Positions 20,801-33,675 of a stretch of DNA of 44,092 nucleotides are shown piece after piece; the first letter of the stretch is position 1; every line of letters starts with the position of its first letter. The stretch covers positions 1-44,092 of the forward strand of contig MEDY01000259.1 in the NCBI GenBank assembly GCA_001724265.1. Reading direction: 5' to 3'. The notes below the pieces were generated by a model. It ran no database searches. It saw nothing but the letters and a program-made list of their open reading frames with translations, and was not told the origin of the DNA. Both the position numbers and the translations under genes were made by a program. The stretch is from Rhizaria sp. SCN 62-66 (lineage: Eukaryota).

Positions 20801-23800
20801 TTCGCCGAGATGGGCGCCGAGTGCATGGACCGGCTGCTCCGCCTGCCTTCTAACAGCGACATTGCTGGTTCGAGTGTTGTGAGCGCCAGCGACGCCGCGC
20901 TGCTGCTGCTGCCCGCGACACACACGCATCTGCCGCTGGCGCGCGTGCTGCTCGCCGTCGCGGGCTACACAGAGGCTGACACGTACACCGTGCAAAGTGC
21001 TGTAACGAACAACAACGCGGTGAGCGCGACGGCTAGTGTCGCTAGCGTCGGGGCCGACGCTGCCGGCGCGAGCGCGAGCGCGAGCGCGAATGCGAGCGCG
21101 GGCGCCGTCGTGCCGGTGCCCAGTGTGTGGGCCTCTGGCGGCGACGGCCCCTGGCGCAACCCCCCCGCCACCCACACCGCTGCGAACGCTCGCTCTGAGA
21201 AGCCGACAATTGCTAGTGCTAGTGCGAGCGGCAATCATGGTAGCAACAGTGCGGTCGTCGCGCCTGCCGCGAACGTGTACTGGCTGGACCCCGGACCCCT
21301 CTTCCCGTTCCTGCTTACGTTCCCGCCCTCGGCCGCAGCGAAGCCGCCGTCTCTGACCCTCAGCCAGAGCAGTGGCAGAGGCGGCAACGTGCTGCCCGTG
21401 GCGCTGCTGGGCACCGCGCTCATCACGAGCGGCGCGCTGATCCCGCAGGACAAGGCCTCCTGCTTCACGCCCGCCGCGCTGCTGGGCCCAGAGCTGCACG
21501 GCATGTGGGGGCAGGTGCTGCCGCAGGTCGCCGCCGCAAGCGATCCCAGTCAAGCGAGCTCTACCGAGGCGCAAATTGACGACGACGTTGACGACTTGAT
21601 CGACGCGTGCGCTGCGCCCGGCAACAAGACGAGTTTCGCCACTGCGCTGACGGACCAAAAGGTGAAGCAGCACGCCTGGCTGCGCTATCTCGCCGCCCGC
21701 GCGCTGCCGAGCAACGGCGAGAACAGCAAGAGCAGCGCTACCGATGGCGCGAGTGCGAGTTCCAGTGCGGTGACGAGTGATGCTGAGAAGCTGAGCCGTC
21801 TCGAGTCGCTGCTCCGTTCTATCAACACCAACGGCAGTGCTTCTGAGAAGAGTGCCAGTGAGACCAAGACCGTGTTCGCGATCGAGCGCAACCACTCCCG
21901 CGCGCAGATGCTGCGCCGCCGCATGGCCCACAGCCACGCGCTGCCCGCCAACGCCGGCAAGCACGGCAGCAGTGACTCCGCGGCGCCCGCTAACGACGGC
22001 GACAGCAAGCTCTGGCGAAGCATCTACGTCGTCACGGACGCGACCAAGCTCCAGCGCGCCGCCACCACCGCCGCCGCCGCTGCCGTTGACGCCAGCTCTA
22101 GCTCGAGCTCTCATGCTGTTGACGCCGAGGTGAGCGCCGCGATCGCCGCCGCGGCCGCGTTCGGCGGTGTGTTCAACGCGAAGACGGCCGCGGTGACGGT
22201 GCTGCATACGTCCTTCTTCCTGCTGGATCCGCAGTCGGCGCAGTTCGCGGCCGTGGGCAGCGTGATGCTCGACCCCTCGTGCTCGGGCAGCGGCAACCCG
22301 TCGCTCGACGCGCTCTTCGCCACGGGCGGGCTCCAGGGCGACTACGAGGACGGCGGCTGTGGGTTCCACTACGACACCCGCAACAGCACTGGCACCAGCC
22401 CTAGCGCCAACAGTCACACCGCTGTGCCGTACAACGCGCTGCTGGCGAACGCCGTGGCGATCGCGCTGGACCCCAGCTCGAAGCGGCCCCGGTCCAAGCA
22501 GCCTCCCTACCGCACGCCCGCGGTGCCGGCGCCCGCGGACGCGCTTAACTCGCCCGCGCCGCACCCTTGCACGCACCTGGGCACGTCGCTGCACGTGCGC
22601 TCGCTCAGCGACCTGCAGACAGCGCTGCTCGCGCACGCCGCGCGCTTCCCCGCTGTGCGCGCCATCGGCTACTCGACGTGCTCCATCTTCACCCGCGAGA
22701 ACGAGGGCGTCGTCATGCGCTTTATGCCGCACGTACGTGATCTTTCTCTTGTAATACGATATGACGACGAACTTTACCTTTGAAACTCATTGTATTTTGT
22801 ATTTATAGTGAAATATCAACCGATTTGAAATCGCTAACTTTGACTAACTTTGATTTTTGTTTTTGCTGTCCTCTCATGTCTGTGCACGAATAGGCTGCCG
22901 CCGCCGGCTTCGCGCTGGCCCCCGCCCTTCCCCGGCAGGCTTGGCGCCGCCGAGGCATCACCGTGGCCCCCGCCGAGCAGCTGCAGGGCGTCGTCACCGC
23001 CGCCACCGCCGCCGCCACCGCGAGCGTGCTCTCGCAAGCCGCCGCCGCCGCCGCCAGTGGGGGTAAGTGCGACGCGGTTCTGGGACAGCTGCTGCCGCAG
23101 GCGCCGCTTGCGCTCGCGGCCCGCCTGCTGCACTACGACGGCAAGAGCACCGGCCCTATCACGAGCTCGACTGACTGCGACATCGACGACGACGACGAGT
23201 GCCAGAGGGCCATCGCCGCCGCGGAGGCTGCCGGTGCGGCCGAACAGGCTGCGCTCGTGGCCAAGGGCACGGCCCTGTTCTGGCGCCTGTCCGGCGTCAC
23301 CATCACCAACGCAAGCCTCACTCCGGCCGTGACCGCGACTGCTGCTGACTCCAGCTCTAGCTCCAGCTCCGGCTTCCGCTCCGGCTCTGGTTGCGACGCG
23401 AGCAGTGCTGTGGGCGTGCTGCCGGTGGTCTCGTTCCCGGGCGGGCTGCTATGCTCCCGCGGCGACCCCGACCACGACTCGATGGGCGGCTTCTTTGTCG
23501 CCGTGTTCCGCCGGCTCAGCGCCCCTCTAGGTGCCCCGCACACCGCGGCGCAGAAGAAGAAGCGGGCGAGCAGCGCTGTGATGCTGCGCAAGTACTTGGA
23601 CCTGTCTAAGTACCAGGGTCCTGGTATTAAGTCGGAGGCGCTGGCAGCCAAGCTCGCGAGCGGAGTGCTCGGACGGCAGGTTGCAGTAAGCAGCAGTGAC
23701 AGCGACATCGGTGCTGTTGATGCTTCTGTTGCTGCTGATGATGGCGAGGAGCAGAAGGAGTCTAGCGTTGATGTTGCGAAGAGTAATAAGAAGCGGACTC

Positions 23801-23895
23801 TTGAGTCTAACACTGTTGCAAAGAGCAATGCCACTGCTATCAGTGGTGACAAGAGCAACTCAATTGCTCCCACAATCAAGAAGGCTCGCAGGTGA
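17877..23895 (+). CDS. NSUN5: NSUN5/Rcm1-like rRNA cytosine-C5 methyltransferase (RsmB/NOP2 family), 3 exons, about 1903 aa
   Basis: Exons 17877-17951, 18098-22732, 22894-23895. Ordered motifs: LYTLAGEVL..KGSLKNLCY, PRYLRVNTL, LIPQDKASC, IDACAAPGNKTS, LDPSCSGSG, YSTCSIFTRENEGVV, LAPALP..W.RRG, GFFVAVFRR. Stop TGA. Confidence 0.88.
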
Positions 23896-24173
23896 TTTCA
23901 GTGAGTGTTCACCCAGCCTAAGGCACATGCTATTGTGCATGATCGATTATTCAGTTTATTTCATTTTTCATACAATTCATAACACAGATGCGTTTTTTTG
24001 ATCTCATTGGACCGTATCATAGAATCGATCGTTTTTATTTCATTATATTTTTCTTTTAAATGAAATTTCGTATATTAACGCAAATATTGCCATTCAAAGG
24101 CATTCATTAATCATCGTAGCATCATCACCTCCCAGCACGCAAGCCACTGTACTTCGACTGTTTGTCTCGGCAC

Positions 24174-26257
24174 TTAATGCTGCTTCTTGGCCTCAGCGCC
24201 GGGCCCCTTGGCGATGGGCAGCGCGTCGGGCTCCGCGGCGGCCGCGGTGACGTACTCGGTCCAGGAGCCGTCGTAAAGCGCGAGATTCTTCTTGCCCAGC
24301 AGGTGCAGGCCCATGTGCAGCGTGCACGCCGTCAGGCCTGCGCAAAGAGAAGCAAATAAGACAATACAGCAACAGACGAGCAAGTCGAAAAAATAAGGGA
24401 GGTGAGCACATGAGGAGGCCGAGCATAGCATAGGAAACACACACATAACATGAGAGGCTGTCAAGAAAAGAAAGTCTGGGTCAATGCTTATTTTAGGCTC
24501 GTTATGACATTGTTGTGAACCTACCGGAACCGCAGGAGAGGACAACGCGGCCGTTGGCCTTGACGCCGCCGAAGTGGATGTTGTGCTTACGCAGGATGTG
24601 CTCGATCTCGCGCTTGGGGCGAAGGTATGCGGCGCCGGAGATCGGGTCGTTGTTCAGGAAGTCGGTGAAGGGCAGGTTCGAGGCGTTGGGGAAGTGGCCG
24701 GAGGGCAGGTGCGCGCGGGGCTCGGGCTCTAATACGGTTCGAAAGCAGCACAAAGAAAAAAAAAAAGAAGCAGACACAACGAGTGTTGGTGAGCGGATGT
24801 TTGAACAGAAATGCGCCGCACTAACGTGGGACACGTGTAACACAATACAAAAGAAAAAATGGCACACAATAGTTTCGTGTCACAGATGATATTTAGATGC
24901 TATATGGGATTGATTTATCGGACGTGAACCTACCGGTGCCCTGGAAGCGTCCGGCGGAGCGCGCGTCGAGGACCATGTCCTCGGCGTGCTCGCCCTTAAC
25001 GAACTCCTTGACCCAGGCCAAGTCCACGACGTTGTTCTCGCGCGAGCGCATCGCGGACAGGTCAAAGCGGCGGCCTTCAACGCCGTTGCCCTTGCTCACG
25101 GTCGCCTTGGCGGCGCGAGCGCTGTCTGCGTCGGCGTGCCCGTGGCCGTGGCCGTGAGCGGCGGCGGCGGAGGCGGAGACGGGGGGGAGGACGATGCCGG
25201 CGTCGGCGAGCTCGAGCGCGTCGGCCTTGCCCTTGCCAGTGACCGTGGGGTAGCCAGCGGCGTTCCACGCGGCCAGGCCGCCCTCGAGGATGCGCACGTG
25301 GAGGAGACCGAAAAAGTCGCACGTCCACCAGAAGCGGGCGGAGCTAAACACATGGACATAACAAGCAGAGGCAAAGTTCAGAAGAATTCGTATTGAGCAT
25401 TAAAGAACATTGATGCACCGTTGCAAAAATAAACACAAACGCACGTATAACGGTTGATGCATGCGGATTCAGGATCTTTGTTGTGGATTAAGGACGTACG
25501 GAGCCATGTTGGTGTCGTCGTAAATGACGACGGTGTCGTTGGCGGCAATGCCCAGCTCCTCCATCTTGGAGGCGAAGAAGTCGGGCGAGGCCAGCGCGTG
25601 CGGCTTCGGGTTCGTGGTGTCGGCAATGGCGTCGATGTCGACGTAGCGCGCAGTGGGGATGTGGCCCGCGACGTAGTTGCTGAGCGGGTTTGGAACAGTG
25701 CGAGTGACGACGAGTTACGAAATTATGAGAATACAGCATATAAACAAGCATTGCAAGCAACAACAGGATTAATTCAGGCAAGTCGCAGTGAAACAACTCA
25801 TAAGACAAGTCTATCGCGAATGAGCCGACTGCGAAAGTATACATCATGAGTATATAAGATATAGTGAAGTTCAAATGATACGAATCCAACCGAACACCCG
25901 TAAAAGACTCTTTTGAGACGCTACAGGAGATGTTTCCTGGAGCAGCAGCACGCAAAGTATATAGACGTACTCGTGGGGCGTGGGCGGGGTGTGAACGAGA
26001 CGCCAGGAGACGTCGAGCAGGTGCACGCGGCCGAGGTGGGCGTGCAGCCACGAGGCCGACACGTAGGGGCGCTCGTAGGAGCCGCCGTTGTTGGCAAGGA
26101 TGATGTCCTCCTTGCGCGCAGCAGCAATCTCAGCAGCCGTCGGAGCAACGTGGTGGTGCGAATGCGAAGTGCCGAAGGCAGCGGAGGCCGTCGCCAGCGC
26201 GGGGGCAGCGACGGGCGAAAGCTTGGGGGTGAGGGAGCGGATAACACTCGACATCAT
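24174..26257 (-). CDS. MPST: 3-mercaptopyruvate sulfurtransferase (tandem rhodanese, Tum1-like), 5 exons, about 414 aa, probable mitochondrial presequence
   Basis: Exons 26257-25971, 25679-25500, 25343-24934, 24728-24525, 24337-24174. Motifs: VSASWL, GHIPTA, SARFWW, ILEGGLAAW, LDARSAGRFQGTEPEPR, GHFPNA, active loop CGSGLTAC, LYDGSWTEY. Stop TAA. Confidence 0.93.
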
Positions 26258-26875
26258 GGTCTAAAAGCAAGTTTTGAAGGACATAAACAAGATGTGTAAG
26301 TACATAATAAAGAGCAAATACAGAATAAAGTATATATTAACGCACCATTCAATGACATGCGCACATTACGATTGTGTGAAGTGATTTACAGTATGATATT
26401 CTCGCGTCGTGCCGTTTGACTTCGATGCCCGCCTAAGCACGCCGACTCTGCGTTACAACGCATACTTCGACTTTGACGAATGCAGAAAGAGATAGAAACG
26501 GCATCTTCTACTATTTTGTGCTGATTTGTCGTTTTTGCAAATGTATCAGCCCTTAGAAATAGTGTTATGCATATGGTCATGAAGTTTAGCGCTGGCGACC
26601 CGGACTTCAACCTCACGCTCCCTCTCTAAGACCGATCAATTTCCTCTCCTAAAGACACTTGTCCCGCTCTCCAACAAAGGTCGTCATACTATGCAACGAT
26701 CTACGGACAGTGGCTTTACACGGCCAGTTTTTATGTTACAAATTGAAGATTGTCGCTCACAACATCGTGATTTGTTGTTATCATCCCACCTCTGTCTTCC
26801 TCAGGTTTATCTCTGCGACCCTGTCTCCCTGTATCACCTGTCGTACGGCCTCACTCTTCGGCTGTTTTCCCACTG

Positions 26876-29773
26876 ATGCCTGCCCCCGCATTGCCCCCGC
26901 TGCCGCAGCACGCGCGCACAGTGGCTAATACGCGCTACACAGGGGCCCCTGTTTGGGTGCCTGCTTTGGCCGTCCCTCTCTCAACACTTGCAGCGCTGTC
27001 GTCGCAAGCGATTGCGTCGACAAGCGGCTCAGCGAGCAACATGACTGCTCAGGATGCTAGTTCTAGCGTGGACATGAGTGACCTTTGTGCTGCAAGCGGT
27101 CCCGGCTTGTTTTTCGCAGAGTCATCCCTCACGCTAGCGCATGACGCATTGACACCAATTCGTGAGGTTGTTGCTGTGAATCGTCCCAACGCTTCCCTCG
27201 GTTCCACACTGCCGTATTTCTCAGCGTTAGCCCAAACAGCTACGTCAGTGGTTGCGAACAGCGATTGTGCTGCGCTTAACACCCACGCAACGGCCGCTGC
27301 TGCTGCTGATACTGCTGCTGCTGTTGCTACCGCTTTCGAGACCGATGCTGTTGCAGCTGTGTCCGCTGCTGCCGAGATGGCGCTCTCGACGGGTTTCTGC
27401 ACTGGCGCAGCTTTACTTCAGCTCAACGGGGCTGGCTGTGCAGCAGATGCGACATCTTGCGCCGCCCAGAACCGTGGTCAGCTGGTGTACGACAGTATTG
27501 TGATGAGTTGCAACGCGCTTGTCAGCTCGCTCTCACAGCTGCTCACGACAGCCGACAGCACTGCGAACATCCAGAACAGCACGAACAGTTGCAGCACAAA
27601 CGCGAGCGACAGCTCACAGTCATTCCAGCTGCCGTCAGAACTCGCCCCTCAGGGACCTCGCGACGGCGCCACGCGCTCTCGCGTCGGGCCATCATTGGCC
27701 TCCGTGGCGGCCGCCGCCGCTCTTGCCGGATCTGCAGCCATAATCGCAGCAAAGCGTTACGACGGCAACGTGACTGGGGACGCGAATGGCCGGGATGCGT
27801 TGGAGTGGCTTGCGGACGAAGACGCGCGCATTCGATCTTGGTTTTTGTCTCACACTGATACGAACTCTGGTGACGCTAGTGGACGTCTGAGTGCTTCTGC
27901 GTTAGGAACCTTTGGGATGACAACGTTTGCACTCCTAATCAATCAGCCTTTTGTTGGCGCTCGTCCCAGCAATGGCTCACCGCAGTCAATGAACACGCAG
28001 ACTCTCGAGTTGCACTGGGACAAGCCTATTCCAACGATGAGCGCGGACAACAACAGCGACGCTAACGCTCGCATGAGCCGCGTCAGCACCACAACTCAGG
28101 TCGAACCCGTCCCTGTCCCTGCTGCTGCCGCCTCTGCGCTGGTGGCTGCCGCAACAGCTGCCCGGCTCTGGCACTGTCTGGACCCCGCCATGGCGACCGT
28201 GGTCAAAGCGGCTGTTGATGTTCCAGCGTCTCCAACTGCAACGAGCCCTGCCAATGCGAGCCGTGACGAACTGTTGACGCTTGCAACAAAGGCGATCTCC
28301 AGCCTGCCACTCACATGTGCACTTAACGCTTACATTGCAGAGGTCACGGGCGCTGAGAAAAACGCGGCTCACAGTCTCTCTCCGCTCAGCGCTGTGTGGC
28401 ACCCCAGCGACGCCTGGGGAGTGGCTGACGCGCGGCCTTACGCGCTTACGCTGTCTCAAGGCCTTGGAGACAAAGACTGTGAATCGCAGTCGCGGGCGCG
28501 GGCGGCGAAGTTGCCGTTTCTGCCCCGCTTGTGCGACTGCTGCTGTGGCACAAGCAGCGGTGAGAGTGGCAGTGGCGTTAACGCAAGTCAGGCTGCTCAG
28601 CGTGCCGGCTGCCCCTTGCAAGTGTCTGCATACATCTACGAAGGCATCGGTGCGCTGACATTCATGCCGCACGCGAGCTACTGCCTGAGCGCGTCTGAGA
28701 CGCCACAGCTTGGCTCATGTTCGACGCAATCTAACTGTGATGAGACGCGTCGGTTTCGCTCTGTCTCCAAGTCATGCTCGGAGTTCTTGGCATTGACTGA
28801 CGGTGAGCAAGATCTGTTAGTTGCCCGTTGTTTCTCTGCAGTCGTGGCAGCATTGCTGGCGCATGTCACAACTCTTACCACGATGACTACGGCGAAGGTA
28901 ACACCAACTGAGACTTTGGCGGCAACTTGCGCTGCATCGAAGGCAACTATGCCCCCCCCTATGCTAGTCACCCCCTCAGCAAGGTCCTACGAAGGCGACG
29001 TCTTGTCAGTCCGCAACGGCGTCTACTACTTAGAAGGCCCGCACTTAGAGGCCGCAGTGGCTCCTTGGCTCGGAGTCACGAACAACATGCTGCCCACCGG
29101 TGCTGTTCAGCAAGAGCAAGCAACGATGACTGCTGCTGTTGCTGCTCTAGACCAAGTGACAGTGCCCACCGCTTCTATGAGCCGTCGCATGGCTCGCGAC
29201 GGGCCATTGCACCACATCACACTCGCGCATCCACTCAACTTCAGGTACGCAGCGCAGATAACATTCATGAGATCCAAGATGTCTTATTGATTTGTGCGCT
29301 TTATTATATGATTTGAGTTGTGTTCAAAACATATGTCGAATCCTGCATTTCCGCAGCGCTGTATGCTAATGATGTCAACTTCATATGTTTCTTTTCTCTG
29401 TTCGCTTGTCACGAATTTCAGTACAATTGAACAATTCGCAAGTTTCTCGCGTCTGCTACCTCAGCTCCGCAGCGACTACACGATTATGGGCCTCGGAAAA
29501 TGCACTGCCCCGTTACCTGCAGCTACGGTAACATCAGAAACATCAGTTGCAACAGCAGCAGCGACGACTGCAACTGCGCCAACCCACACAGAGGCCTTCT
29601 TCTTGGTCCTCGACTGGCCGTCTGCGGCTGCTCTTCGCGCCGCTGCCGGACTGCCCCCTGCCGCTTTCCACATTACGCTGGGCTTCTCCGTCACTGACTT
29701 GCACGGTCCTGGGATCGATAAAGGTCCCAAATCACTTATCATGCATGCGCAGTTGCCTAAAAGCTTGGTGTAA
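26876..29773 (+). CDS. Large protein with C-terminal 2H phosphoesterase domain ('Swiss Army knife' RNA-repair-like type), 2 exons, about 906 aa
   Basis: Exons 26876-29244 and 29422-29773. Two HxT motifs: RDGPLHHITL and AFFLVLDWP..LRAAAGLPPAAFHITLGF..DLHG. Stop TAA. Confidence 0.75.
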
Positions 29774-30363
29774 CAATCTACTAGTTTATGGTCTCTACTC
29801 AACCTTAAACTAAAGTATATTTTTTTTTGTATAGTATCACCATTATTTATATGCAATGTCTATACCCATTGTCTTTTTATATTGTGTATGGTCTCTAAGC
29901 GCATGCTTCAGTCGTTTTTCGAGATAAGCTTTCTTAGGACTTGAAGAAGCACGACTTTACAAACCAATTATACACACTAGTTTCTTGCTTTTTTCGTGTT
30001 GGAACAACATGTTTAAATTATAAACGCATATGTCATTATTGTATTTTGATTTTGAAACGAACTCACTTGAGCAAGGCCTTGTGTGTTACTTTGCGTGATG
30101 TTCGAGTGCGTTTGTGGTTGGCATTGCAACGGATGGCGGGTGGCGGACTCCTCAACCGTCAGAAGACGGGTAAAAGCGAAGGCCTCTACAGCACTGCATT
30201 TGCCGTCTGTTGATCCATCATCAAACTATTAGAATAAATTATGAACAATATCTTTGATCTATTTTCGAATTCACACCAGTCACTTTTATTCCCCTCAATC
30301 TACCCTCTTACTAACCCACATTCTTCCACATCTTTCCCTGGCCATCTTTCTTCTCTTCCCAGC

Positions 30364-31282
30364 ATGTTTGGTCGCGAGCACGGCGCCAAATTCGGCGGTG
30401 GTGACCTTGCCGGCGAGGAGCTCCTTAAGCTCCAGCGCAAGGAGCGCACACGCGCCATTGCGGCCGAGGTCTTCGACCTGAAGAACGACCCCTACTTGAT
30501 GCGCAACCACTTGGGCGGGCTAGAGTGCCGTCTCTGTGGCACCCCGCACACTCACGAGGCCAACTACATGGTCCACACCGAGGGCAAGAAGCACAAGGAG
30601 AACCTCGCCAAGCGCGAGGCTGCGAAGAAGCGTTCTGGCGCGCAGGCCGGCGCGGCGGCGGCAGCGGCGGTGGCGGCGGCGGAGCGGCGGCGCGTGACGC
30701 AGGTGCGCAAGACGGCCAAGATCGGCCTTCCCGGCTACCAGATGGTCAAGCAGCTCGACCGGCAGACAAACAGGCACTCATTGCTTTTCCGCGTACGTCC
30801 ACATATCCCATATTTTTCTTATAATGTGCCGGATCACTTTGCTTATTATGCTCTCATCATCGACATGCTCGCTCACATCCTCTTTGTATCTCTTCGTCAC
30901 TTCCGCTTTGTTGATGTCACGGTTCTTCTCTTCACAGATCAACTTCCCCGAGATTGAGGAGGGCCTGCGCCCGCGTTTCCGCTTCATGTCTGCTTACGAG
31001 CAGCGTGTTGAGGTCCCCAACGACAAGTTCCAATACTTACTCGTCGCGGCCGAGCCATACCAGACCGTGGCCTTCAAGATCCCCAACGAAAAGGTCGACA
31101 CGGCGCCCGAGACGTTCCTCACGCACTGGGATGAGGAGAGCGCTGTGTTTACCATCCAGTTCTCCTTCAAGAAGTCCCTCACCGGCGCCGGCAACGCGGC
31201 TCTCATGCCGCCGGCGGGCGCGCCGGCTGCTGCTGCGGGCGCGGTCGGCGCTGGCGGGTATGGCGGCTACATGGGCGAGTGA
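30364..31282 (+). CDS. SF3A2: Splicing factor 3A subunit 2 (SF3a66/Prp11), 2 exons, 257 aa
   Basis: Exons 30364-30792 and 30938-31282. DLKNDPYLMRNHLGGLECRLCGTPHTHEANYMVHTEGKKH (U1-type zinc finger), KIGLPGY, PRFRFMSAYEQRVE, QYLLVAAEPYQTVAFKIP. Stop TGA. Confidence 0.96.
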
Positions 31283-32112
31283 GGTGTTTGCTGTCGCAAA
31301 AGGTGATGCTCTTGAGCTGCGTCTTCTCAGCTCGACTGTCTTGAAGTTCGAGCCTTGCAGTTCTGTTACTTGAAGAGGCAGTTCTCGATTTTCATGGGGC
31401 CTGATGCCTTAAAATGCGTATTGACGTGAAAACCCCCTGTTTTACGCATAGACTATATAGTGAATATAACAATACATCAATATTGACCTACAGTGTCGTG
31501 ATTTCGCTGTGATACATGTTGGTTTGCCATTGCCACCACAAGCTGCGACCAGTGCAGTAAAGTGACTGTGGGCAACCACTCGGTAGTTATACTAAACCAC
31601 ACAATATCCTGTTAGGTATGCTACAACTGTAACAGAAAAAACTCTTAAAATGGCTAGCTAAGTGTTGCTGATATTCGAAAACGAGTTTCACTTTACCACC
31701 ATAGTGACATTTGAGTACGGAAATTGTCCTTCTCGGCGGCGGCGGAAGACGTCGCCACCGAGAGCCGATGGAGCCGAGCGAGCAAGAGCCGAAGAAAAAC
31801 GTGGCGACTTCACCAACATCTAGCGCCATACTGCTCCGTCCTGTGCACACTTAATTTCGTGAATGCAATAGAAAAAACGTTGGAATAGTATGTTTCTTTT
31901 TAGATTTGCCTTAAAGATGACGTTTTATTGCGTTGTAGCTTCCGCCGCCGCGCGCTTCGCGCACCCTCCACACCACAGCACGAACTCCCCGTCCTCGCAT
32001 TTCCCCGTTTTGCCCCTGAACCCTGCCTATGCCCGCCACCGTTTCTCCTGAAACCCTTCTCTAATCCCACTTTCGCCTCTTTGCATTTTGCTTGCACCGC
32101 GAAACAGCCACT

Positions 32113-33675
32113 ATGTCGTCCTCGGCATTGCTGGATCTGCAGGGCGAAGACAGCGCCAACGCCGTCCTCAACTTCGACTCCCATATCCCGGAGGAGCCTC
32201 TCAAGGCCTCGGATGCGCCCTTTTCTGTTCGCGCGGGCGTGCTTGCCTGCATTATGTGTCTCACGTTTGGCAGTTACTGGGTTTTCGATCTCCCCGGCGC
32301 CATCGAGACGCAGCTGCAGGAGTGGATGGGTCCCTCTTTCACCGAGAGCTCTAACGCCTGGCTCTACTCTGTCGTGTCCTGGCCCAACGTCGTGCTCGCC
32401 CTCGTCGGCGGCTTCATCGTCGATCGCGTGACGGGCATCCGCAAGGGCGCGCTGCTTTTCTGCTTCCTCATCATGATCGGCCAGGTCGTCTTCACGCTCG
32501 GCATCCAGTTCAAGACGTACCCCGTCGCCCTCGTCGGCCGCGTCATCTACGGCCTGGGTTCTGAGTCGCTCACCGTCGTCCAGAACACCATCACCGTGCG
32601 CTGGTTCTCCGGCTCCTCGCTCGCGCTCATCTTCGGCGTTGTCCTGGCCTTTGCGCGCGTCGGCTCGAGCGTCAACTTCGCGCTCACCCCTGTGCTCACC
32701 GAGAAGTCCGTCCCCTTCGCCATGTGGACCGGCACGGCCACGTGCATCTTCTCCTTCCTCGCCTGCTGCGCGCTCGTCGCGCTCGACTACGCCAACGCCA
32801 AGTACGTCGAGCCGCCCGCGCCGTGGGCCGCGGCGCTGGAGCCCGAGCTGGACCCCATCACCAACACGCCCATCATCAACCCCAATAACGGCAGCGGCGC
32901 GCACGGCGACAGCGACGGCTCCGCGGCCGCCGGCGAGGACCAGGTGTCGCTTTCGGACATCGCCAAGTTCCCCCTCAAGGCCTGGGTCATCTTCCTCATC
33001 TGCGTCTTCTTCTACCAGGGCGTGCTGACCTTTTACCAGGTTGCGTCCAAGATCATGCAGGAAACGGGCCGCCACTACTCGCCCAAGACGGCTTCGCTCT
33101 TCCTCGCCATCCCCAACTTCATCTCCATCGGCGCCTCCCCGCTCTTCGGCCGCCTCGTCGACTCCAAGGGCTTCGCGGTCACGTTCCTCATCATGGCCTC
33201 GGTGGTGCTGAGCACATGCCACGTCATGTTCCTCGGCGACGCCTACGAGTGGTTCTTCATCCACCCCGCCGCCATCATGGCCGTGCTGGGCCTGGCCTAT
33301 GCGCTGGGCGCCGCGTCGCTGTGGCCGCTGCTGCCGCACGTTATCGCCAAGAAGCTCGTCTCGACCGGCTTCGGCACCATGACAGCGATCCAAAACCTCG
33401 GCCTGTCCGTCTTCCCCCTCCTCATCTCCTACATCCGCGGCCTGAGCTCCATCAAGGGCACCAAGCACGAGTACGGTGTCCCCATTGTTATCTTCGTCGC
33501 CTGCGTCGCGCTCGCCGCCGTGCTGTCGGTCTGGCTCCTCGTCCTCGACAAGCGCAGCGACGGCAAGCTCAACGCGTCCGCGCAGCAGCGCCAGCAGATG
33601 GAGCTACTCGCCGAGGCCGAGGCCAGCGGCTTTGTCTCCATCAACGACGGCGAGAGCGGCGGCTACCTCCATTGA
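32113..33675 (+). CDS. MFSD1: Major facilitator superfamily transporter, MFSD1-like, 520 aa
   Basis: CLTFGSYWVFDLPGAI, LYSVVSWPNVVLALVGGFIVDRVTGIR, GRVIYGLGSESLTVVQN, about 12 hydrophobic segments. Probable 5'UTR intron 31888-32107. Stop TGA. Confidence 0.88.
   Translation: MSSSALLDLQGEDSANAVLNFDSHIPEEPLKASDAPFSVRAGVLACIMCLTFGSYWVFDLPGAIETQLQEWMGPSFTESSNAWLYSVVSWPNVVLALVGGFIVDRVTGIRKGALLFCFLIMIGQVVFTLGIQFKTYPVALVGRVIYGLGSESLTVVQNTITVRWFSGSSLALIFGVVLAFARVGSSVNFALTPVLTEKSVPFAMWTGTATCIFSFLACCALVALDYANAKYVEPPAPWAAALEPELDPITNTPIINPNNGSGAHGDSDGSAAAGEDQVSLSDIAKFPLKAWVIFLICVFFYQGVLTFYQVASKIMQETGRHYSPKTASLFLAIPNFISIGASPLFGRLVDSKGFAVTFLIMASVVLSTCHVMFLGDAYEWFFIHPAAIMAVLGLAYALGAASLWPLLPHVIAKKLVSTGFGTMTAIQNLGLSVFPLLISYIRGLSSIKGTKHEYGVPIVIFVACVALAAVLSVWLLVLDKRSDGKLNASAQQRQQMELLAEAEASGFVSINDGESGGYLH

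Noticed and set aside
31751-31808. 8-bp inverted repeat GTCGCCAC / GTGGCGAC upstream of MFSD1
   Set aside because: Too short to exceed chance, with no target-site duplication or second copy.
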